64,000 nucleotides of DNA from the NCBI GenBank assembly GCA_963695435.1, contig OY968788.1, positions 413,456 through 477,455 of the forward strand. Direction: 5' to 3'. The translations under genes and the position numbers were made by a program. Position 1 is the stretch's first letter. Each line of letters begins with the position of its first letter. The notes beneath the pieces were generated by a model, which did no database searches, had not been told where the DNA came from, and was given only the letters and a program-made list of their open reading frames with translations. This DNA comes from an uncultured bacterium (GTDB lineage: Bacteria > Patescibacteriota > Kazan-3B-28). Positions 10,310-17,826 of this stretch are shown in pieces.

Positions 10310-11197
10310 ATGACAAAAAATATATCACGGCAAAAAGTCATTGCAATAGTGGGGCCGACCGCCTCGGGAAAATCCGCGTGGGCGGTTGATTTGGCAAAAA
10401 AATATAACGGTGTAATAATCTCCGCCGATTCCAGACAAGTCTACAAGGGACTGAATGTCGCTACCGCCAAAATAACCAAAACGGAGATGAGTGGCATTCC
10501 CCACTATCTTTTGGATGTAGTAAAGCCAACCGAAAGTTTTGATGTGGCAACATATCAAAAACTAGTTTATGAATTGCTGAAAAAGTTGCGAAATAAAAAA
10601 CTTCCCATCATCGCGGGCGGAACGGGACTGTATGTTCAAGCGGTCACAGACGGTTATGTTTTTCCGACTACAAAGCCAAATTTGAAACTGCGCGCAAAGT
10701 TAGAAAAACAACCACTGTCAGAACTTGTCAGCAAACTAAAGAAACTCGCCCCTGACCTGCAGATTGATTTCAAAAATCCTAGACGAGTAATTAGAGCATT
10801 GGAAATTTATTCACAAACAGAAAGTCGTCCTGCCAAACATGAAACCCCCTTTGACACATTGAAAATAGGGATTAAATTATCCGTAGCAGAACAGGAAAAA
10901 CGGATTGCCAAACGAATCCAGCAAATGGATTTTGACGCACTGATTGCAGAAACTAAAAAACTAATCAAAGCAAAGTTTGATTTCGGGAGTAATCCCTTAA
11001 CCGCCTTTTACTATCGACTAGTTAAAGATTGGTTGGAGAAAAAAATAACTAAGTCGGAACTGATAGAAAAAATGATTCGCGCCGACCGCAAATATGCCAA
11101 GCGTCAAATGACTTGGTTCAAAAAAGACCCTCAAATCCATTGGGTAGAAAATCTAACCGACGCCGATCAGCTAGTCCGCCTTTTCCTAAAAAAATAA
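10310..11197 (+). CDS. miaA: tRNA dimethylallyltransferase.
   Basis: P-loop VIAIVGPTASGKS, DSRQVYKGLNVATAK motif. Length and order typical of MiaA. ORF-track start 10286 lies inside the repeat; Met at 10310 preferred. Confidence 0.9.
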   Translation: MTKNISRQKVIAIVGPTASGKSAWAVDLAKKYNGVIISADSRQVYKGLNVATAKITKTEMSGIPHYLLDVVKPTESFDVATYQKLVYELLKKLRNKKLPIIAGGTGLYVQAVTDGYVFPTTKPNLKLRAKLEKQPLSELVSKLKKLAPDLQIDFKNPRRVIRALEIYSQTESRPAKHETPFDTLKIGIKLSVAEQEKRIAKRIQQMDFDALIAETKKLIKAKFDFGSNPLTAFYYRLVKDWLEKKITKSELIEKMIRADRKYAKRQMTWFKKDPQIHWVENLTDADQLVRLFLKK

Positions 11198-11206
11198 CTT
11201 ATTCCC

Positions 11207-11230
11207 CAAAACTCACGATCGTGAGTTTTG
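11207..11230. terminator. Bidirectional rho-independent terminator between convergent miaA and the GT2 gene.
   Basis: Perfect palindrome caaaactcacgatcgtgagttttg flanked by A/T runs on both strands. Confidence 0.7.
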
Positions 11231-11231
11231 C

Positions 11232-11292
11232 GACTAGTGGCTAGTGGATAATTGTTTGTGGCTATTGTCTATTTGTCTGTCGTCTATTCGTC
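11232..11292. repeat. Low-complexity direct-repeat tract (ctagtggctagtgg / gtctatt units).
   Basis: Similar tracts at 50351..50445 and 55205..55310. Confidence 0.6.
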
Positions 11293-11295
11293 TAG

Positions 11296-12114
11296 CTACG
11301 GACGGCGAGGCAAAGTAAAATCTTGAATGTAACCAACCTGCAAATATTTTCCGCGCATCATATTCATTTTTATGCGGAATAAGTCTTTTAGTGTGCGAAT
11401 AGCTTCTTTTCCTGCGCGAACACGGCTATCTGGATCGTTGTACCATTCAATCCCCACCTCCTTGAACGGATATCCAAGTTGCCGAGCAATCACAAAAGCT
11501 TCGATATCGAAACCGAATCTTTCCAATCGAACATTGGCAAAAATATTCTTGCCAGCATTGCGTTCAAAAAGTTTGAAACCACATTGGGTGTCCCAAATTC
11601 CCGGCACTGCCACAATCCGAATTAGTAAGTTGGAAGCACGGGAAAGTAATTTGCGATGTTGAGCTTGGTGAATATGGATATGAGCACCCTTAATGTGACG
11701 AGAACCAAAAACGATTGGGAAAGTATCGACATACGGCCACATCTTCTCGATTTCCTCAATAGGAGTGGCGTTGTCGGCATCCGTAAAGAGCAGATATCTG
11801 CCTTTGGCGGACAACATTGCTCTCTTTACCGCTGCTCCCTTGCCCTGATTTTGGATGGCGGTAATCAGTTTCAGCTCTGGCCAGCCCTCCTGAATAATCT
11901 TTACGACTGGAACAGTGGTGTCTTTGCTCCCGTCATCAGAAACAATCACCTCATAGGTGTAAGATTGGGCATCCAGATATTTTCTCATCTGGGCGAGAGT
12001 TTTTCCGATACGGCGCTCTTCGTTATAGGCTGGAACAATAATTGAAAGCTGAACCTCCCCTACCGCAACGGTTGGTTGAGTTACTGGCTGGCTGGGGGCG
12101 ATTCCTACTTCCAT
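11296..12114 (-). CDS. GT2 family polyprenyl-phosphate glycosyltransferase (DPM1/GtrB/CsbB-like).
   Basis: LSIIVPAYNEERRI...VIVSDDGSKDTT (DxD-type GT-A signature). Start chosen at MEVGIAP; the longer ORF N-terminus (MDSRLRGNDRSGG) is a translation of a family-2 hairpin repeat. Confidence 0.8.
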   Translation of the reverse strand: MEVGIAPSQPVTQPTVAVGEVQLSIIVPAYNEERRIGKTLAQMRKYLDAQSYTYEVIVSDDGSKDTTVPVVKIIQEGWPELKLITAIQNQGKGAAVKRAMLSAKGRYLLFTDADNATPIEEIEKMWPYVDTFPIVFGSRHIKGAHIHIHQAQHRKLLSRASNLLIRIVAVPGIWDTQCGFKLFERNAGKNIFANVRLERFGFDIEAFVIARQLGYPFKEVGIEWYNDPDSRVRAGKEAIRTLKDLFRIKMNMMRGKYLQVGYIQDFTLPRRP

Positions 12115-12143
12115 ACCTCTTATTGTACCGTATCCTCCTGACC

Positions 12144-12170
12144 TGTCATTCCCGCGCAGGCGGGAATCCA
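12144..12170. repeat. Small hairpin repeat, family 2 (ATTCCCGC-loop-GCGGGAATGACA).
   Basis: 8-bp perfect stem. Copies at 30548..30574 and 38500..38526 with compensatory stem changes (cccgc/gcggg versus ccagc/gctgg). Confidence 0.7.
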
Positions 12171-12209
12171 TTTTCTCCGTCATGCTGAATTTAGTTCAGT
12201 ATCTTTTTT

Positions 12210-12284
12210 GTCATTCTGACGCTAGGAAGAATCTATAATATTCTCTTAGATCCTTCCCCCGACAAGTCGGGGTCGAGGATGACA
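12210..12284. repeat. Family-1 palindromic element, inverted orientation, with extra internal hairpin (ccccgacaagtcgggg).
   Basis: Reverse complement aligns with the copy at 16915..16995 along its whole length. Confidence 0.8.
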
Positions 12285-12292
12285 ATAAATTG

Positions 12293-12742
12293 TTACTTCT
12301 TGAATATCAGGAATTTGGGAGCGAGGAAGTTCCAAAGGAAAATCAAAACGACTGAAGTAAATTTCACAAGATTCAAATCGAAATGAAATATTAAACTCAT
12401 CAAATAAACAAATCCATTTGAGATGCCCAAGCCAACCAGACTAACAAAAACAAAAAACGGAAGTTGTGTTTGCCATTTCCCTGTTGTGTCGCCAAAGGTC
12501 CAATATTTGTTCATAAAGAAACTGTTGATAACAGCTACAACAAACGCAACTGTGTTGGCTGGCATAATCGGCCACGAATAGTAAACCAAAACATTCAATA
12601 GTCCAATATCGATAGCAGTATTCAAACCGCCCACAAGAGCGAACTTTGAGAATTGTCTAACCAGCTTCTCTACTTTCTCCGAATGAACACCAGTATATTT
12701 GCTAATCAGTTTGCTTGTCCAAACTATGAGATTGTTTAGCAT
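12293..12742 (-). CDS. GtrA-family small membrane protein (putative polyprenyl-phosphate-sugar flippase).
   Basis: About 150 aa with 4 TM helices. GtrA-like core FALVGGLNTAIDIGLLNVLV. Start set at MLNNLIV to avoid overlap with the upstream gene. Confidence 0.65.
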   Translation of the reverse strand: MLNNLIVWTSKLISKYTGVHSEKVEKLVRQFSKFALVGGLNTAIDIGLLNVLVYYSWPIMPANTVAFVVAVINSFFMNKYWTFGDTTGKWQTQLPFFVFVSLVGLGISNGFVYLMSLIFHFDLNLVKFTSVVLIFLWNFLAPKFLIFKK

Positions 12743-12746
12743 AATT

Positions 12747-13472
12747 TTATTTTTGAGCGAGAACAACCAAACTACTCCCCCATGGTAAGCGCCAGTTATG
12801 CGACAACCACCAAGCTTCAATTTTGCTGAGCCAGACTAAAATACCAGAGGTGTGAGTCGCCTCGCTGGCTGTTTCGTAGGTGGTTTTTTCCTTTCGACCC
12901 ATAATGAAACGCACTGCAACAAAAACTGGAAATACAAAAAAGAAAAATGGTGAAAGTAAAACTACTTTGAAACCAACTTGTTCTAATTTCCTTTTTAAGT
13001 CAGCCGGATTGTAGCGCCGTTGGTGATGTAAGGCTTTGTCGTGTCCTGTCCACATCCATTGATACGCAGGTACGGTAATAAAAACATATCCGTTTGGTTT
13101 GAGAGTGGTGTACCAATTTCGTAAAGCTGAAATATCATCTTGAATATGTTCTAAGACATCAAATGCGGTGAGCAAATCAAATTGAGAATCAAAGGAAAGA
13201 TTTGTTCCGTCAGTTTGAATCAATTCGTCATAGACATGTTTGTTCCGACAATAGTCGAGTGCTTCGGCGCTAGTATCCAACCCTGTCACCCTCCCCCAGT
13301 TTTTGAGCCAGTTGTAATTAATACCCGTACCACAACCAACATCTAAAATATCCAAATTTTGACCCTGAGGAATATGTTTCCCCAGTACCTTTTGCAAAAC
13401 TTCCCGACGGCCAATATGCCACCAGTAGTTCTGCTCTTCCTGCTCCATCCGACCGTATTCAGATAGCTCCAT
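12747..13472 (-). CDS. Class I SAM-dependent methyltransferase.
   Basis: Motif I LDILDVGCGTGINYNWL. About 240 aa. Co-directional with GtrA and the GT2 gene. Confidence 0.75.
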   Translation of the reverse strand: MELSEYGRMEQEEQNYWWHIGRREVLQKVLGKHIPQGQNLDILDVGCGTGINYNWLKNWGRVTGLDTSAEALDYCRNKHVYDELIQTDGTNLSFDSQFDLLTAFDVLEHIQDDISALRNWYTTLKPNGYVFITVPAYQWMWTGHDKALHHQRRYNPADLKRKLEQVGFKVVLLSPFFFFVFPVFVAVRFIMGRKEKTTYETASEATHTSGILVWLSKIEAWWLSHNWRLPWGSSLVVLAQK

Positions 13473-13579
13473 AAACCTATTATACGGACATAGGGATTTT
13501 CGGGTATAATAAACCCGTCGCAGAGCTGATTTTTACCAACCCTGTCGGGGCGTATAGTTGAAAGGTTGTGGCTTGGGGC

Positions 13580-13652
13580 CGGGGCGTAGCGCAGTTGGTA
13601 GCGCGCCGCGTTTGGGACGCGGAGGTCGCACGTTCGAATCGTGTCGCCCCGA
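13580..13652 (+). tRNA. tRNA-Pro (anticodon TGG).
   Basis: Cloverleaf readable: acceptor CGGGGCG/CGCCCCG, U8, D-stem GCGC, anticodon stem CCGCG/CGCGG with loop TTTGGGA, T-loop TTCGAAT. Flanked by complementary ggcttgggg/ccccaagcc. Confidence 0.85.
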
Positions 13653-13736
13653 CCCCAAGCCATCACAAAAATATGCGCGGTCCGACACTTCGGTCGGACA
13701 GGTCGTTTTGTCGCCCCGACCAGATACAATAGTCCT

Positions 13737-15029
13737 ATGAGATACACTCAATCTTTCATCAAAACTATTCGGGAAGTTCCCAAGGAAGCGGAGGTAATCA
13801 GCCACCAATATCTTCTGCGGGGTGGATTTGTCACGACACTAGCGGCGGGTTTTTACACTTACCTCCCGATGGGATTTCGGGTGTTTCGGAAAATCTACGA
13901 CATCATCACCGAAGAGCTGAACAAGATAGGTGTCGAAGATATGATAATGCCTGTCGTTCATCCAGCCAGACCGTGGAAAGAAACAAAGAGATTTTTTGAA
14001 GTTGGACCCGAATTGTGGAAAATCAAAAACCGTTCGGACGAAGATTTTGTATTGGCAATGACTCACGAGGAAATCGTGACAGACGCCGCCAAAAAAATTA
14101 TCAATTCATATAAAGATTTGCCGAAGTTGGTCGGTCAAATCCAAACCAAAGTTCGTGATGAAGCGCGAGTACGGGGCGGATTACTGCGTTTGCGCGAATT
14201 TACAATGCAAGATGCTTATTCTTTCAACCGAGACGAAAAAGGATTGGATGAAATTTATCTGAAGTTTATTGATGCCTATAAAAATATATTTGAACGGATG
14301 GGTGTCAAGACAGTAGTGATTGAATCCGACACGGGCGCAATGGGCGGAAGCGGTGCGCACGAATTTATGATGATTGCGGAATCCGGCGAGGATAAAATTG
14401 TCACCGATGGCGAGCGTGCGGTAAATGCGGAGAAATTAGGGATTACTCGGGAAGATGATTTGAAGTCGGTTGATTCCCGTCGCAAGATCGAGGCGTTTTT
14501 TGGCGCTGGCAAAAAAGTAGAATTCCTGCGAGGAATTGAAGTTGGAAACATCTTTAAGCTTGGGACGAAATACTCTACCCCCCAGAAACTGATGTATATA
14601 GATGAAAACAACGAATCCAAGCCGGTGATTATGGGAAGTTATGGAATCGGTTTGGATAGGTTAGTGGCCGCGATTGTGGAAGCCAGTCATGATGACAAAG
14701 GAGTCATTTGGCCAAAAGCAGTCGCCCCGCATCAAGTTCATTTAGTGAGTTTAGGAAACGATCCAATAGTGACAGCGGCGGCTACCAAACTTTATGAAAG
14801 TTTAAATTCATCCGGAATTGATGTTTTCTATGATGACCGCGAAGAAGTTAGCGCGGGAGAAAAATTTTCGGATGCGGATTTGATTGGAATCCCCTGCCGA
14901 GTGACCATTAGCAACAAAACATTGGCAGAAGATTCTGTCGAAATTAAATTGCGCAACTCTCAAGATGCAAAGCTGGTGAAATTGACAGAAATGACAAAAA
15001 AACTGAAGGAAGATTTTTTGTCATCCTGA
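13737..15029 (+). CDS. proS: Prolyl-tRNA synthetase.
   Basis: Class II aaRS motifs and C-terminal anticodon-binding domain. Start set at MRYTQSF because the ORF-track start overlaps tRNA-Pro. The TGA stop lies inside a family-1 repeat. Confidence 0.85.
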   Translation: MRYTQSFIKTIREVPKEAEVISHQYLLRGGFVTTLAAGFYTYLPMGFRVFRKIYDIITEELNKIGVEDMIMPVVHPARPWKETKRFFEVGPELWKIKNRSDEDFVLAMTHEEIVTDAAKKIINSYKDLPKLVGQIQTKVRDEARVRGGLLRLREFTMQDAYSFNRDEKGLDEIYLKFIDAYKNIFERMGVKTVVIESDTGAMGGSGAHEFMMIAESGEDKIVTDGERAVNAEKLGITREDDLKSVDSRRKIEAFFGAGKKVEFLRGIEVGNIFKLGTKYSTPQKLMYIDENNESKPVIMGSYGIGLDRLVAAIVEASHDDKGVIWPKAVAPHQVHLVSLGNDPIVTAAATKLYESLNSSGIDVFYDDREEVSAGEKFSDADLIGIPCRVTISNKTLAEDSVEIKLRNSQDAKLVKLTEMTKKLKEDFLSS

Positions 15030-15095
15030 GCGAAGCGAAGGATCTAAGATATTTTATAGATGCTTCGGTCGCCACGGTGACCTCGAGCATGACAG
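15020..15095. repeat. Family-1 palindromic element (empty copy), between proS and argS.
   Basis: gtcatcctgagcgaagcgaaggatcta...agatgcttcggtcgccacggtgacctcgagcatgacag. Confidence 0.8.
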
Positions 15096-15099
15096 TAAT

Positions 15100-16914
15100 A
15101 TGAATATTCCTGCAGACATCGAACAATCAGTTGCCAAAGCCGTAAAAAAATTATGGCCGACTGTTGATGTAAAAATAGATATTGTCACCCCGCCCAACAA
15201 AGAATTTGGTGATTATTCCTGCGCCGTAGCTTTGCAATTAGCAAAAGTTGCGGGTGAAAGCCCGACATCAATCGCCGAGAAGATAAAAGACTCTCTCGGG
15301 AAAATTGAATACATAGAGGAAGTCACTGTCACCGCCCCCGGTTATGTAAATTTCAAACTGGACTACCCTAAACTTGCCGAAGCTCTGCTCTGCCATGATT
15401 CTGGATTCTTGATTCATAATTCAACCCCCCTCAACATCAGCGTTGAACATACTTCGGTCAACCCCAACAAAGCCGCTCACATCGGGCATCTTAGAAATGC
15501 TTGTTTGGGAGATGCGCTGGCGCGAATCTTAAGAGGTGTCGGGCACACCGTCGAAGTGCAAAACTACATTGATGATTTGGGCGTACAGGTGGCGGATAGT
15601 GTAGTGGCTTTTGAAACTTTTGGCGACGCGCCAGAAGGTTACGAAATTGATAAGTGGCTTTGGAAGATTTATTCCGATATCAATAAAAAATACGAATCAG
15701 ACCCGAAACTTTTGAAGCGGCGGGAAGAAGTTTTGCATGAGATGGAGCAGGGCGAAAGTGAAACTGCTAAACAGATTGTAAAAGAAATCGTGGAAGCGCA
15801 GGGACAAACTTTTGCCCGATTTGGAATTGATTACGACCTGTTGGTGTACGAACACGACATCGTGAACAATCACTTGTGGGATAAATTGTTTGAAATATTA
15901 AAGAAAGAAAAGTTAATTATTCAACCTGGCACTGGCGAACATCAGGGCGCATGGGTGGTAAAGTTTGGTGAGTCTGAACGGGAGGATAAGATTTTGGTGA
16001 AAAGCGATGGATTACTTACCTACACCGCCAAAGATTTAGCATATGCACTGTGGAAATTTGGAAAAACGGATGAAATGAAAGGATATGAAAAACGGCTCTC
16101 CCCTATTAATCAGCATTTCAATATTGTTGATGAACGCCAGAGTTATCCGCAAGCAGTGATAAAACATGTGATTGGAAAACTGGGTTATAAAAAAGAAGCT
16201 GAAAACTATCTTCACCTGAAATATGGGGTAGTAAAACTCTCCAATAAGGCGGCGAAAAAAATGGGGGTAGATATTGAGCCTGATAAAAAATCGCAGTCGA
16301 TGTCGGGGCGCGCCGGAATTGGCGTTATGGTGGATGATTTGGTAGATACAACAACTGCGCAACAGATAAAAGAACACTCCACAGAAAAAGAGGTGGCGGA
16401 GAAGATTGCAATCGGCTCGATTCGCTATTATATGTTGAAATCTCGTCCTGAACGGGAAATCGTGTTTGATTTTGACGAAGCGCTGAAAACAGACGGTAAC
16501 ACTGGCGTATATCTGCAATATGCCTACGCCCGCGCCAATAATATTTTGTCTAAGGTTGTCCCTCCGTCCGTCGGGATAACAGACTCTGATTCTCCGAGGG
16601 TAAGCAAGGTTCCGAGTCCATCGAGGAAAGGAGATGCCTTGGTATTGAATGAATCAGAAAAGGAGTTGGTAAAGGTGTTGGGCGAGGCAAATCAAAGTGT
16701 CCAGCAAGCGGTTGAAAGTGCTGATCCTTCCCTTCTTTGTGATTATGCCTACAGATTAGCGAGCATTTTTGCCGGATTTTATGAAAATAGTCCTGTCCTA
16801 CAGGCTTCAGACGAAAAAACGAAGAGTTTTCGGCTGGGGCTGGTTTCCTCCTATAAGGAGATCTTAGGAACGACTTTAGATCTGTTGGGTATTCCCATTC
16901 TCCCCCGCCTCTAG
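15100..16914 (+). CDS. argS: Arginyl-tRNA synthetase.
   Basis: Class I HIGH motif (AAHIGHLRNA), N-terminal Arg-tRNA-binding add-on domain, DALR-type C-terminal domain. Confidence 0.9.
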   Translation: MNIPADIEQSVAKAVKKLWPTVDVKIDIVTPPNKEFGDYSCAVALQLAKVAGESPTSIAEKIKDSLGKIEYIEEVTVTAPGYVNFKLDYPKLAEALLCHDSGFLIHNSTPLNISVEHTSVNPNKAAHIGHLRNACLGDALARILRGVGHTVEVQNYIDDLGVQVADSVVAFETFGDAPEGYEIDKWLWKIYSDINKKYESDPKLLKRREEVLHEMEQGESETAKQIVKEIVEAQGQTFARFGIDYDLLVYEHDIVNNHLWDKLFEILKKEKLIIQPGTGEHQGAWVVKFGESEREDKILVKSDGLLTYTAKDLAYALWKFGKTDEMKGYEKRLSPINQHFNIVDERQSYPQAVIKHVIGKLGYKKEAENYLHLKYGVVKLSNKAAKKMGVDIEPDKKSQSMSGRAGIGVMVDDLVDTTTAQQIKEHSTEKEVAEKIAIGSIRYYMLKSRPEREIVFDFDEALKTDGNTGVYLQYAYARANNILSKVVPPSVGITDSDSPRVSKVPSPSRKGDALVLNESEKELVKVLGEANQSVQQAVESADPSLLCDYAYRLASIFAGFYENSPVLQASDEKTKSFRLGLVSSYKEILGTTLDLLGIPILPRL

Positions 16915-16995
16915 TGTCATCCTCGAGTCCCGACTTGTCGGAACGAAGGATCTATAATTTTATAGATTCTTCTCTTTACAGATCAGAATGACAGC
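16915..16995. repeat. Family-1 palindromic element (empty copy with internal cccgacttgtcgg hairpin).
   Basis: Begins immediately after the argS TAG stop. Outer arms gtcatcctcgag / tcagaatgacag. Confidence 0.8.
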
Positions 16996-17033
16996 TTCTT
17001 GGTAAGTTCATCGTCTATCGTCCAGCTTCACTC

Positions 17034-17062
17034 TTGACATAACCTGATTACTGTGCTATACT
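17034..17062 (+). promoter_or_regulatory. Sigma-70-type promoter (TTGACA-N17-TATACT) driving the WxL-like gene at 17108.
   Basis: Exact -35 consensus, 17-nt spacer, 5/6 match at -10. About 45 nt upstream of the ATG. Confidence 0.7.
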
Positions 17063-17107
17063 AAGAGAAAGTTAGTTGCCCTACAGGCAGAAAGCCCAAA
17101 AACAAAA

Positions 17108-17734
17108 ATGAAAAACAAGATTAGTAACCTTTTACAGGTTCAGGCAGAAATCAGCCGACAAGCCTTAGTGCTTGGCACGGTTTTGTTTTTCGCTGGTGTG
17201 ATGTCAATCGCAACAATCAAAGTTAGTAGTGCGGCTACCGGTGATACCAATATGCTGCAAAATGTTGAGGGTGGGGCTATGGCATTTGATAATGTTCCTA
17301 ATAATGTCAACTTTGGAGCTACTTCTCTGGGGGAGGTAAATGCAAATGTTAGTACTGGTAGCAGTGGTATTGTTCTTAACGATCTTCGTGGAACTAAGGC
17401 GGGTTGGTCAATTACTGGTTATGTAAATAGTAATTTTTATAGTGCTGCTACACCGGCCACCCAAATGGCTGTTGCGGATAGGTTGACTTGGCTCGCAAAT
17501 GCCGTAACAATCGCAAATATTACTGGTGATACTGGAGGCGTTGTCCAACAAGCTAATAATACTTTTACCGCAGCGGGTGATGCTGCTAATTTGACTCTTG
17601 CCCTTGATGTTGGTTCAGGTAATAATGGCGCGGGAGCTTACAATATTACTAATTTGGAATTTCAATATGATGTTCCTGCGTTAGCAACAGTTGCTGCTGA
17701 TTATAAAACAATGTTTACATTAACCATCGTCTAA
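17108..17734 (+). CDS. Small secreted surface protein with WxL-like C-terminal domain. Paralog of 5028..5639.
   Basis: Signal anchor ALVLGTVLFFAGVMSIA. Gly/Ala/Asn/Thr-rich body. GWSITGY and RLTWLANA (W-x-L) motifs. C-terminal YKTMFTLTIV. Monocistronic between a consensus promoter and a terminator. Confidence 0.55.
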   Translation: MKNKISNLLQVQAEISRQALVLGTVLFFAGVMSIATIKVSSAATGDTNMLQNVEGGAMAFDNVPNNVNFGATSLGEVNANVSTGSSGIVLNDLRGTKAGWSITGYVNSNFYSAATPATQMAVADRLTWLANAVTIANITGDTGGVVQQANNTFTAAGDAANLTLALDVGSGNNGAGAYNITNLEFQYDVPALATVAADYKTMFTLTIV

Positions 17735-17758
17735 TTACTTTACTTAGGAATAGTGGAT

Positions 17759-17788
17759 AAATCAGGGCTTATAAGCCCTGATTTTTTA
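17759..17788 (+). terminator. Rho-independent terminator after the WxL-like gene.
   Basis: aatcagggctt-ata-aagccctgatt followed by TTTTTTAT. Confidence 0.8.
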
Positions 17789-17826
17789 TTTGTACCGATA
17801 AATTAGTCTTATGGTAATCTAATACT

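Noticed and set aside
12115-12183. N-terminal extension MTEKMDSRLRGNDRSGGYGTIRG of the GT2 ORF.
   Set aside because: Encoded by the family-2 hairpin repeat (ggattcccgcctgcgcgggaatgaca). The start was moved to the downstream Met preceding the GT-A domain.
13343-13808. Minus-strand ORFs 13343..13747 and 13533..13808 and the long N-terminal extension of proS (from 13641).
   Set aside because: They overlap the tRNA-Pro(TGG) gene, and their sequences are translations of tRNA and hairpin DNA.
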